From Lachnospiraceae bacterium UBA3826 (GTDB lineage: Bacteria; Bacillota; Clostridia; Lachnospirales; Lachnospiraceae), in the NCBI GenBank assembly GCA_002393095.1, contig DGII01000036.1, forward strand, positions 4,808 through 68,807: a stretch of 64,000 nt of DNA. Direction: 5' to 3'. How positions within the stretch are numbered: position 1 is the first letter of the stretch; each line of letters opens with the position of its first letter. Of the stretch, positions 28,741 through 37,564 are shown one piece after another. A program made the translations under genes and the position numbers. The notes under the pieces are model-generated. The model had not been told where the DNA came from, did no database searches, and saw only the letters and a list, made by a program, of their open reading frames with translations.

Positions 28741-30336
28741 GTGCTATTCACATCCTACGGCTTCATAGGCTCAGTGCTTATACTTTTTCTGCTCTACTAC
28801 GTTATTCCCAAGAGGTTAAGACCGGCACTTTTGCTAGTCTTCTCTCTTATCATATACGGTATGGCAGACGCCAGATACCTTATATATATAGGTATAACCG
28901 TTGTAACGGTATGGTACGCAGCCCTTATCATAGATAAGAACAACAAAGCCGTCAAAGACTACATCAAAAAGCATAAGGCAGAGATGTCCGCCACGGAGCG
29001 TAAGGCATACAAAAAGCTTAAGGGGAGAAAAAGTCTCCTCTTCTTTTTGGCAGGGCTTGTCTTAAACTTAGGAATACTGGCCGTAGTGAAATACTCCGGC
29101 TTTGTCTTATCCGGTATAGGGCATATGCTCTCTTCCGGTACAGACGGTGTACTGAATATACCCGATATGCTTATCCCCTTGGGCATATCCTTCTATACCT
29201 TCCAGTCCGTTGGATATCTGACTGATGTATACAGAGAGAATATCGATGCAGAGAAGAGTCTGCCAAGATATGCTCTCTTTATCACTTTTTTCCCGCAACT
29301 GGTACAGGGTCCCATAAGCAGATATGAGGATCTTGCTCCCACACTGCTTGCTCCGCACAGTGCCGACTTCAGTGTCATATTCCGTGGACTTCAGCGGATA
29401 CTGTGGGGATATTTTAAGAAGCTTGTCATTGCAGACAGACTTCTTATGGGAGTTACCACGCTTATAGGGGATACCTCCCTCTATCGCGGCGGGTATGTAC
29501 CCGTTATGATGCTTCTGTATACGCTTGAGCTCTATGCGGACTTTACCGGCGGAATTGACATAACCATCGGTATCGCCGAGACCCTTGGCATTAGCATCAA
29601 GGAGAACTTCATACGTCCCTACCTGTCCACATCCCTTGCAGATTACTGGCGCAGGTGGCACATATCCATGTGCAGTTGGTTCCGTGACTATGTCTTCTAT
29701 CCGGTATCCACAAGCAACGCTTCCATACGGCTGTCCAAGTGGGCCAGAAAGCATATAAGCGATAGTGCGGGCGGTAAACTTCCCGTATATCTGTCAAGCT
29801 TCATTGTATGGTTCTGTACCGGCATATGGCATGGGGCAAGTGTCAACTTCATAGTATGGGGACTTCTTAACTTCCTTGTACTTACGATATCTGAAGAGCT
29901 TTCTCCTCTCTATGAGAGATTCCATAAGCGCTTCTCATTCGCCGGCAGCTTCCCTTATCGTGTATTCATGATACTTCGTACCTTCCTTTTGGTATGCGTA
30001 CTGAATCTCTTCGACTGCTTTGCGGATGTCAGAGATACTCTCGGCCTTATAGTATCCGCTTTTAACTTCGGAAGCTACTCATCTATGGAAAAGGGTGCCC
30101 TGCTTAACATCGGCTTAAGCGTAAGTGACTATGTTATCGCTGCCGTTGCGCTTACGGCTGTACTTATCGTAAGCATCATCGAAGAGAGGTATGATACAAG
30201 CATCAGGGATATCATAAGAAAGCGTCCCTATGCGGTGAGGTTCATTCTGTGGACATGCCTGTTCCTTGCAACTCTCATATTCGGAGTATACGGTATAGGC
30301 TATGACTCCTCACAGTTCATATACAACAGGTTCTAA
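28741..30336 (+). CDS. MBOAT acyltransferase (DltB/AlgI-like) with C-terminal FIYNRF motif
   Basis: PLGISFYTFQ, FFPQLVQGPI, WRRWHISM, catalytic GIWHGA; ends FIYNRF. Confidence 0.92.
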   Translation: MLFTSYGFIGSVLILFLLYYVIPKRLRPALLLVFSLIIYGMADARYLIYIGITVVTVWYAALIIDKNNKAVKDYIKKHKAEMSATERKAYKKLKGRKSLLFFLAGLVLNLGILAVVKYSGFVLSGIGHMLSSGTDGVLNIPDMLIPLGISFYTFQSVGYLTDVYRENIDAEKSLPRYALFITFFPQLVQGPISRYEDLAPTLLAPHSADFSVIFRGLQRILWGYFKKLVIADRLLMGVTTLIGDTSLYRGGYVPVMMLLYTLELYADFTGGIDITIGIAETLGISIKENFIRPYLSTSLADYWRRWHISMCSWFRDYVFYPVSTSNASIRLSKWARKHISDSAGGKLPVYLSSFIVWFCTGIWHGASVNFIVWGLLNFLVLTISEELSPLYERFHKRFSFAGSFPYRVFMILRTFLLVCVLNLFDCFADVRDTLGLIVSAFNFGSYSSMEKGALLNIGLSVSDYVIAAVALTAVLIVSIIEERYDTSIRDIIRKRPYAVRFILWTCLFLATLIFGVYGIGYDSSQFIYNRF

Positions 30337-30340
30337 AGCA

Positions 30341-31393
30341 ATGAGAAAAAAGTTAGAGACAAGACAACTTATAACCGCATTACTGTCTGCCGTGGCTGTT
30401 ATCGCGCTGATATACCTTGCGCAGAGACTTCTGATCCCCAAGTATGTGGATGATATCGTGGAAGGCGGAATGGTATCCGAATACTATGATGAGAAGGACA
30501 AGAGCTTCGATGTTATCTTCATAGGCGACTGTGAGGTGTATGAAAACTTCTCTCCCGTCACACTGTGGGAGAACTACGGCATCAACAGTTATATAAGAGG
30601 AAGTGCCGAGCAGTATATCTTCCAGTCATATTATATGCTGGAGGATACCTTAAGATACAGCAGACCGAAGGTTGTGGTATTCAACATACAATCCCTGCAA
30701 TTTGATGAGTCAAGATCGGAAGCATACAACCGCATGACCATAGACGGTATGAAGTGGTCAGGGGCCAAGCTTGGATGTATCAAAGCCTCCATGACAGATG
30801 AAGAACATCTTATTGAATATATATTCCCCATCTTAAGGTTCCATTCAAGATGGAACGAGCTAACGTCTGCGGATGTGGAGTACATGTTCAGACACAAGAA
30901 GGTGACACACAACGGCTATTACATGCGAGTGGATGCTCTTCCCGCAGGGGACATGCCGCCGGTGAAGCCGCTTGGAGACTACAGCTTCGGTGACAGGGCA
31001 TGGGAATATCTTGATAAGATACGCACCTGCTGTGAGGACAATAATATAGAGCTTCTGCTCATCAAGGCGCCCAGTCTTTACCCGTACTGGTATCCGCAGT
31101 GGGATGAACAGGTAAAGGAATATGCCGATATGTACGGCCTTAAATACATTAATTTCCTTGACGAAAAGGATGCAATAGGTATAGATTATAACACAGACAC
31201 ATATGACGGCGGTCTGCATATGAACCTAAGCGGTGCCGTGAAGTGTGCGGATTACATCGGCCCCATACTAAGGAATGAGTATGAAGTGCCCGACAGACGT
31301 GATGATGAGGCTCTTGCTTCCATATGGGCAGACAAGATCAGGGTCTACAACGAAGATATAGATTATCAGAAGGAGCAGTACGGTATAGAATGA
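30341..31393 (+). CDS. Membrane-anchored SGNH-like transferase (DltD/AlgJ-like)
   Basis: N-terminal TM; block I FIGDCE; C-terminal YDGGLHMN; start moved to MRKKLE. Confidence 0.75.
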   Translation: MRKKLETRQLITALLSAVAVIALIYLAQRLLIPKYVDDIVEGGMVSEYYDEKDKSFDVIFIGDCEVYENFSPVTLWENYGINSYIRGSAEQYIFQSYYMLEDTLRYSRPKVVVFNIQSLQFDESRSEAYNRMTIDGMKWSGAKLGCIKASMTDEEHLIEYIFPILRFHSRWNELTSADVEYMFRHKKVTHNGYYMRVDALPAGDMPPVKPLGDYSFGDRAWEYLDKIRTCCEDNNIELLLIKAPSLYPYWYPQWDEQVKEYADMYGLKYINFLDEKDAIGIDYNTDTYDGGLHMNLSGAVKCADYIGPILRNEYEVPDRRDDEALASIWADKIRVYNEDIDYQKEQYGIE

Positions 31394-31406
31394 CCGTTAT
31401 AAGAAT

Positions 31407-33251
31407 ATGTGCGGAATATGCGGAATCTTAGGAAGAGAGAACAGAAGAAGCATCCCTGAGGATGTCCTTAAGGATATGATGAAGGCCATTGCCCACAGAG
31501 GACCGGACGGAAGCGGAAGCTTCATCGACTCTCATGTGGCTCTTGGCTTCAACAGGTTAAGCTTTATTGACCTTGAGGGCGGGATGCAGCCTCTCTATAA
31601 CGGTGATAAGTCCGTGGTTATGGTATGTAACGGAGAGATATTCAACCATAACGAATTAAGGGATGAACTTATGGCTAAAGGCTATGTGTTCAGGACCAGA
31701 ACAGATGTGGAGGTGATACCCCATCTGTATGATGAATACGGACTTGACTTTCCCAAGTATCTGAACGGGCAGTTCGCCATTGCTCTGTATGATATCCGTA
31801 AGGACGAGCTGTACTTAATAAGAGATCAGGTGGGGATATGTCCCCTTTACTATACGATATATGACGGTCGTGTCATATTTGGTTCGGAGATCAAGGCTAT
31901 CCTTGAATATCCCGGCGTTCCGAGAAGGCTCAATATGAAAGCCGTCGATCAGCTTATGAACTTCCCCGGCATCGTCTCTCCCACTACCTTCTTCGATGGT
32001 ATATACGCACTCCGCGCCGGACATATCATAAGGTTTGCGGCAGATCCTGCCATAGAGCCTGAGGATATTGAATTTTGGGATATGATATACACGGAGGATA
32101 TAGAGGATAAGGGCGAGGAATACTATGTTGAGAATGTGAAAAAGCTCTTTAAAGAGGCTGTTGCCAGAAGATTAGAGGCGGATGTGCCCATCGGATTCTA
32201 TATATCCGGAGGTCTTGACAGCTCGCTTGTGGCCTGTTATATAGGCAAATTCCTGCTTAACAGCTACTATTCCTTCTCTGCCGAGATCGGAACAGACGAA
32301 CTGGACGAAAGCCCTTATCAGAAGCTTGTTAAGGACTGTGTTAAGTCTACACATTATTCCGTTCCCGTAACGGATGAGAGTATATATGAGAATCTGCGTA
32401 CCGTGATACATCATACGGAATCCGCAGTCAAGGAAAGCTATGATGTGGCAGCCTTTCTCTTAAGCTCTCTCGTGCAGGGCTCTCCTGCCAAGGCTGTCCT
32501 TACGGGGCAGGGTTCGGACGAATTCTTCTGCGGTTATGTGGGCTATATGCTTGATATGTTCCGCGGTATGCAGCGTGGTTCCATGAGCGAGGATGAACTT
32601 AAATATAATGAACACCTGTGGGGTGACAGATACTTCAGATACGAAAGGATACATCCGGATATTCGCAAGGTGCATAAGCAGGTGTATTCTCCTGAATTCG
32701 CATCACAGTTAGAGAGCTTCTCGGCACTTAAGGAAAGCCCTATAGATACAGCCAAGGTTGCGGGCTTAAGTGATGCCAAGAGACGGTCATATATAGACTA
32801 TAAGCTTCGTCTGTCGGATCACCTTCTGATAGAACACGGTGACCATATGTTCTTCTCTCATTCGGTTGAAGGCAGGCACCCATTCTTAGATGCCAGGCTG
32901 CTTGACTTCGTAAGGCTGATACCCGATGAGTATAAGATCAACGGTACCAATGAGAAGTACATACTTAAGCGTGCCGGAGAAGGCATCGTGCCTGAGAAGA
33001 TCCTTAAGCGCAACAAGTTCCCCTTTCAGGCACAGGGAATGTCGATGCTTATCAAGAATACCCGCATTGAAGAATACATCGACGACACACTTATAAGAAA
33101 ATACGGTATATTCAATACCGATTTCATAAGCAGGATGAGAAAGGACTACAGACAGGAGGATTTCAAGCTCATGGGCGCATATGAGATCGACTATCTCATG
33201 ATAGTCATGACGGTGACCATGCTGTGTGAGGAATTCTCATTAAGCGTATGA
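31407..33251 (+). CDS. Asparagine synthetase B-family glutamine amidotransferase
   Basis: Ntn nucleophile MCGICG, NGEIFN, SGGLDSS ATP loop, LTGQGSDE, RHPFLD. Confidence 0.9.
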   Translation: MCGICGILGRENRRSIPEDVLKDMMKAIAHRGPDGSGSFIDSHVALGFNRLSFIDLEGGMQPLYNGDKSVVMVCNGEIFNHNELRDELMAKGYVFRTRTDVEVIPHLYDEYGLDFPKYLNGQFAIALYDIRKDELYLIRDQVGICPLYYTIYDGRVIFGSEIKAILEYPGVPRRLNMKAVDQLMNFPGIVSPTTFFDGIYALRAGHIIRFAADPAIEPEDIEFWDMIYTEDIEDKGEEYYVENVKKLFKEAVARRLEADVPIGFYISGGLDSSLVACYIGKFLLNSYYSFSAEIGTDELDESPYQKLVKDCVKSTHYSVPVTDESIYENLRTVIHHTESAVKESYDVAAFLLSSLVQGSPAKAVLTGQGSDEFFCGYVGYMLDMFRGMQRGSMSEDELKYNEHLWGDRYFRYERIHPDIRKVHKQVYSPEFASQLESFSALKESPIDTAKVAGLSDAKRRSYIDYKLRLSDHLLIEHGDHMFFSHSVEGRHPFLDARLLDFVRLIPDEYKINGTNEKYILKRAGEGIVPEKILKRNKFPFQAQGMSMLIKNTRIEEYIDDTLIRKYGIFNTDFISRMRKDYRQEDFKLMGAYEIDYLMIVMTVTMLCEEFSLSV

Positions 33252-33296
33252 GCAGGCTTTATCATACATGTATGTTTTTTTTTATGAGGGATTAGT

Positions 33297-35192
33297 GTGA
33301 AAAATATGAGTAATATAGACAAAGAGATGGAGATCATCGATCTTGACAACGAGGACATAACCTCAGAGCCCGATCTGTCCGAAGATGAGATCGTACATGA
33401 GGACGAGACCGTGTCTTATGATGAGAACACATCCGGTGAAGCCGCATCAGATGAGACCGCATCCGGTGAGGCTGCTTTGGATACAGAGCATGGCACGACT
33501 ACACATTCAGAGCGTTCCCATAAGAGACATAAGAAAAATAAGAAGAAGCATAAGAATCGCAAAAAGGGGCATGGCATAGCCGTGGCTCTGATCTTATTTA
33601 CTCTTCTTGCTGCTCTGGGAGTCGGCGGATATTATATCTACAGCGACTATACGGGACGCGTCTATTCAAGGGCTATAATAGAGGCCGGTGACGTTGAGGT
33701 CACCCCCGATGACTTCTCTAAGGACCCTCTTAAGCCAGTATATTTTGCGGACGGCTTCGATATCACGGCTATAGATACCAAGTCTCCCGGTGACTATGAT
33801 ATCTCTCTTACATCCGGCTTCTATAGCTATACATCCATTCTGACCGTAGAGGATACTACCCCTCCCGTAGCAGAGATCGACACTGTAACCCTTGAATTCG
33901 GTAAAGAGGTTACTCCTTCCGATTTCATAATTAGTATTGATGATGTGACTAAGGTGGATGTAGCCTTCGCCACAGCCCCCGATCTAAGCAAGGGCGGTGA
34001 AAGCCCCGTCACCCTTATACTTACCGATACTTCCGGTAATACGGCAACATATGATTCCACACTTACCATAATTCCCATACACAGCAGTGTAGTGATCGAG
34101 GCCGGAGATGATATGCCGTCTGTTGACAGCTTCCTGCTTCCTGAGATGGGTTCGGATAATGATGGCGCAGTTATGTTAACCTCTGCCGGTTCAATAGATA
34201 CTCTTATCCCCGGAGAATACCCTGTTAAGATCAAGCTTTCCTCAGGTACATATGAGTCCAGACTTATCATAGAGGATACCATAGCGCCTGTCATCACCGT
34301 GAAGGACTTCGACGGCTATATAACCTCGGATATCACTCCCGAATCCCTTATAGAGACTGCCGAGGATTCCACAGAGCTTAAGTTCTCCTTCAAGGAAGAA
34401 CCCGAATTCGATTCCGAAGGCACATATGAGGTTACAGTGGTTGCCACGGATATGGGTGGCAACACCGCTGAGGCTGTATCAACCCTTAAGCTTATACCCG
34501 ATACGGAAGCACCGGTCATCACAGGTGCCAAGGATATCACGATCATGCAGAATTATCCCATAAGCTATCGTGACGGTATCACGGTGACGGATAACTGTGA
34601 TGAGAACATAGTACTTAAGATCGAAGCAGACAGTGTCAACCCCAAGGAGCTCGGTACATACCCCATAGTATATTCCGCTACGGACAGAGCCGGCAATACC
34701 ACTGAGGTACCCGTTACCCTTACCATAATCGAAGAGCACTATGATGAAGCCACGGTATATGCCCTTGCCTCACAGACACTTGCACGTATCACCACTCCCG
34801 AAATGAACAATATGGAGAAGATAACGGCCATATACTGGTATGTCAAGAAGAACATGTCCTATACCGAATCCGACAATAAGGATGACTGGCTTAAGGCTGC
34901 TTACTATGGTCTTGCTCTCCATAAGGGCGACTGCTACTCATACTGCTGTGCATGCAAGGCAATGTTCGATGTACTCGGCATCCCCAATATGATCATAGAC
35001 ACCTATCCCTTAAGGATCATACATTTCTGGAATCTGGTCGATCTGGGCGAAGGCTGGAGACACTTTGATACCACCCCAAGAATAGGCGGAGGCGAGTTCC
35101 TGTACATGGATGATGCAACTATCACAGCATACTCTGTAGCACACAATAACTCACATATATACGACAGGAACAGATTTCCGGGCATTCAGTAG
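33297..35192 (+). CDS. Membrane-anchored protein with Ig-like repeats and C-terminal transglutaminase-like domain
   Basis: Acidic N-terminus, His/Lys-rich patch, one TM, repeats ending DTTPP/DTIAP/DTEAP, triad GDCYSY..HFWNLV..HFDTT. Confidence 0.82.
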   Translation: MKNMSNIDKEMEIIDLDNEDITSEPDLSEDEIVHEDETVSYDENTSGEAASDETASGEAALDTEHGTTTHSERSHKRHKKNKKKHKNRKKGHGIAVALILFTLLAALGVGGYYIYSDYTGRVYSRAIIEAGDVEVTPDDFSKDPLKPVYFADGFDITAIDTKSPGDYDISLTSGFYSYTSILTVEDTTPPVAEIDTVTLEFGKEVTPSDFIISIDDVTKVDVAFATAPDLSKGGESPVTLILTDTSGNTATYDSTLTIIPIHSSVVIEAGDDMPSVDSFLLPEMGSDNDGAVMLTSAGSIDTLIPGEYPVKIKLSSGTYESRLIIEDTIAPVITVKDFDGYITSDITPESLIETAEDSTELKFSFKEEPEFDSEGTYEVTVVATDMGGNTAEAVSTLKLIPDTEAPVITGAKDITIMQNYPISYRDGITVTDNCDENIVLKIEADSVNPKELGTYPIVYSATDRAGNTTEVPVTLTIIEEHYDEATVYALASQTLARITTPEMNNMEKITAIYWYVKKNMSYTESDNKDDWLKAAYYGLALHKGDCYSYCCACKAMFDVLGIPNMIIDTYPLRIIHFWNLVDLGEGWRHFDTTPRIGGGEFLYMDDATITAYSVAHNNSHIYDRNRFPGIQ

Positions 35193-35209
35193 CCCGTAGT
35201 CAAAGGATT

Positions 35210-35920
35210 ATGGAAAAACTCGGTATTATAGGCGGTCTGGGCCCCATGGCCACAGTCAGTTTCATGAAAAGAATAATTGACATGACGGATGCTACCTGCG
35301 ATCAGGAGCATATTCATATGGTAGTGGAGCACTGCCCCACTATCCCCGACCGTACAGCTTACATCCTGGATCATAACAAGCCCGATCCTGCCCCCGCCAT
35401 ACTTGAGGCTTGCAGGATTTTGGAGGGTGCAGGTGTGGACGAGATAGCCATCCCCTGTGTAACAGCCCATTTCTTCAGGGATAAGATTGCCAAGATCACA
35501 TCGATACCCGTACTGGACGGTGTAGCGTTGTGTGCGGATTATCTTAAGGAAAAGGGCGTACATAATGTAGGGATAATGGCTACCGACGGAACGATAGCCT
35601 CCGGTATATTCCACAATGTACTGTCCGAACACGGGATCACCTCTGTCACACCTACACCGAAGGCTCAGAGGTATGTAATGGACCTTATATATAATGATGT
35701 CAAGGGCGGCAGACCTATAGAGCAGGATAAGTTTGGTGCCGTGGCCGTTGAACTCAGAGAAAACGGTGCCGAGGTGATAATCCTTGGATGCACCGAATTG
35801 TCCGTTATAGCCGATAAGTGGCTGCCGGATGGCAGGTTTTTGGATGTTTTATCAGTTTTATCCCGTGCATGTGTCATGGATTTCGGCAAATTGAAGGATG
35901 CATATAAGGAATTATTGTGA
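35210..35920 (+). CDS. Aspartate/glutamate-family cofactor-independent racemase (aspartate racemase-like)
   Basis: GIIGGLGPMAT, IPDRT, two catalytic Cys in PCVTAH and GCTEL. Confidence 0.88.
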   Translation: MEKLGIIGGLGPMATVSFMKRIIDMTDATCDQEHIHMVVEHCPTIPDRTAYILDHNKPDPAPAILEACRILEGAGVDEIAIPCVTAHFFRDKIAKITSIPVLDGVALCADYLKEKGVHNVGIMATDGTIASGIFHNVLSEHGITSVTPTPKAQRYVMDLIYNDVKGGRPIEQDKFGAVAVELRENGAEVIILGCTELSVIADKWLPDGRFLDVLSVLSRACVMDFGKLKDAYKELL

Positions 35921-35973
35921 TACAATTAATGTCCATGATAGGAATATATTATTAGATTAAAGAGGATATCATA

Positions 35974-36009
35974 GTGTGAAAAATATGATTGATATCATAT
36001 TTTTCACAC
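35974..36009. repeat. Perfect 16-bp inverted repeat (palindrome family A, copy 1)
   Basis: GTGTGAAAAATATGAT-TGAT-ATCATATTTTTCACAC; related copy at 61063-61096. Confidence 0.85.
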
Positions 36010-36010
36010 A

Positions 36011-36100
36011 GCGATTTGTGCCGAGCCCAAATCGCCTTATCGCATCGGCGAATCTGAAATTCGCCTCGCGAGCCTCGCACAATGTGCTCGGCCCGGAGGA
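36011..36100 (+). repeat. Multi-hairpin intergenic repeat (family B, copy 1)
   Basis: 36042-36082 matches 43125-43165 at 40 of 41 nt; hairpins GCGATTTG/CAAATCGC, GGCGAAT/ATTCGCC, CGAGC/GCTCG; ends at GGAGG. Confidence 0.85.
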
Positions 36101-36105
36101 TTATT

Positions 36106-36732
36106 ATGAAAAAATCAATCAGTGTTATCATAACAGCAGCCGCACTTGCAATGGCACTTACAGCATGCGGCGGGACATCTGAGGATGTTAAAAGGATAGA
36201 GAAGGATTCAACATCCGCTACGGCAACAGAGACTACCGAGGTCAAGGCCGAGGAGCCCGTAACGGAGGGTGCAGAAGTAACGGCTAACGAAGCCTCTTCG
36301 GATGGTGGCTATATATATCACGCCGAGACAGCCTCCGGCTCCATAGATGTATCTGTGGATATGCCGATGGAGACGGTGCTTGCCGCATTAGGCGAGTCTG
36401 ACAGCTACTTTGAAGCCAAGAGCTGTGCTTTTGACGGTCTTGACAAGATGTATACCTACGGACATTTTGAGATAGATACCTATCCCAGTGAATCAGGCGA
36501 CAAGGTATCCGCAATCTACCTTACGGACGACCTGACCGGTACTCCTGAGGGATTATATATAGGTTCTTCCAAGGAGGATATGGAGAAGCTCTACGGAACC
36601 GACTATGAGGTGAACGGAAGTGAATATACATACAAGTCCGGGGATATGAGTCTCAAGATTCAGATATCCAAGGACAAGGTAAGCTATATAACATATGCTT
36701 CCAAGGTACTCGGTACGGTAGCCGGCAACTGA
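36106..36732 (+). CDS. Lipoprotein of unknown function
   Basis: MKK-hydrophobic-LTAC lipobox, Thr/Glu-rich linker; start moved to the ATG after GGAGG. Confidence 0.8.
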   Translation: MKKSISVIITAAALAMALTACGGTSEDVKRIEKDSTSATATETTEVKAEEPVTEGAEVTANEASSDGGYIYHAETASGSIDVSVDMPMETVLAALGESDSYFEAKSCAFDGLDKMYTYGHFEIDTYPSESGDKVSAIYLTDDLTGTPEGLYIGSSKEDMEKLYGTDYEVNGSEYTYKSGDMSLKIQISKDKVSYITYASKVLGTVAGN

Positions 36733-36788
36733 TGATATATTCGTATGATGACTTAAGATAAAGGTCTGTACAGAGGGGATATTCTATT

Positions 36789-37544
36789 ATGACAAAGATA
36801 ACTGTATCAGGAAAAATCAAAGCATTATCAATGGCTGCCATGACTGCTGTTATGGTAGCTTCATCATCCGTGCCCGTATATGCTTCTTCTACAGGTATTC
36901 CCACTGAGGTATTCAGAGCGCAGAAGCTCGCTGATGAGAAGAAGGCAGAAGAACTAAGGATCGCTGCCGCTAAGCAGGCTGCCGCAGAACAGGCTGCATT
37001 CGCAGAAGAACAGATGCAGATACGCGCTGCAATGATAGCCTCCGGAGTGGCTATTCCTCAGGCGATAAAGGGTGCCATTATGCCGGATACCACCGGCTAT
37101 TCACTTATAGCAGTGTATTCCACCAAGTACAACGACAGTCAGGCACGTGCCACTAACATAACTCTTGCCGCCAACAGGATCAACGGATATGTACTGAATC
37201 CCGGAGATGTATTCTCCTTCACTCATACCATTCTTCCCAGAACCGTGGCCAACGGCTATGTGGCAGGTCCTATATTCGTGCAGAAGGAGCATTCCATGGG
37301 CATAGGCGGAGGCATCTGTCAGGTATCCTCCACTCTATACGCGGCTACTATTACGGCAGGTATACCTGCTTTAGAGCGTCATGAGCACGGACTGCCGGTT
37401 ACATATATTCCTCAGGGAATGGATGCCACGATCGATGGCACGAGACTTGACTTTAAATTCGCCAATCCCTACGATAAGCCGCTTATGATATCGGCCACGC
37501 CCGATTACGGTACTCTTACCGTAGGCTTATGGCTTATGAACTGA
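36789..37544 (+). CDS. Secreted VanW-family protein
   Basis: Signal peptide; RATNITLAA, PGDVFSF, GGGICQVSSTLY, GMDATI, DFKFAN. Confidence 0.85.
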   Translation: MTKITVSGKIKALSMAAMTAVMVASSSVPVYASSTGIPTEVFRAQKLADEKKAEELRIAAAKQAAAEQAAFAEEQMQIRAAMIASGVAIPQAIKGAIMPDTTGYSLIAVYSTKYNDSQARATNITLAANRINGYVLNPGDVFSFTHTILPRTVANGYVAGPIFVQKEHSMGIGGGICQVSSTLYAATITAGIPALERHEHGLPVTYIPQGMDATIDGTRLDFKFANPYDKPLMISATPDYGTLTVGLWLMN

Positions 37545-37564
37545 TCGCTTGATCGATTGATCGA

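Noticed and set aside
26983-31393. Calling the cluster a canonical dltABCD operon
   Set aside because: The adenylation pocket differs from DltA (FDACLK vs FDLSVM), the MBOAT is the long AlgI-like type with a fused motif, the partner has GDCE rather than GSSE, and the gene order differs.
26983-33251. NRPS or lasso-peptide secondary metabolite cluster
   Set aside because: No condensation or thioesterase domain and no lasso precursor or B1 protein. The AsnB-like protein keeps its glutaminase Cys, and MBOAT plus SGNH point to envelope acylation.
35974-36100. CRISPR array, tRNA or known riboswitch
   Set aside because: No regularly spaced repeats, no cloverleaf with a T-loop consensus, and no riboswitch consensus I could recognise; kept as an unclassified repeat.
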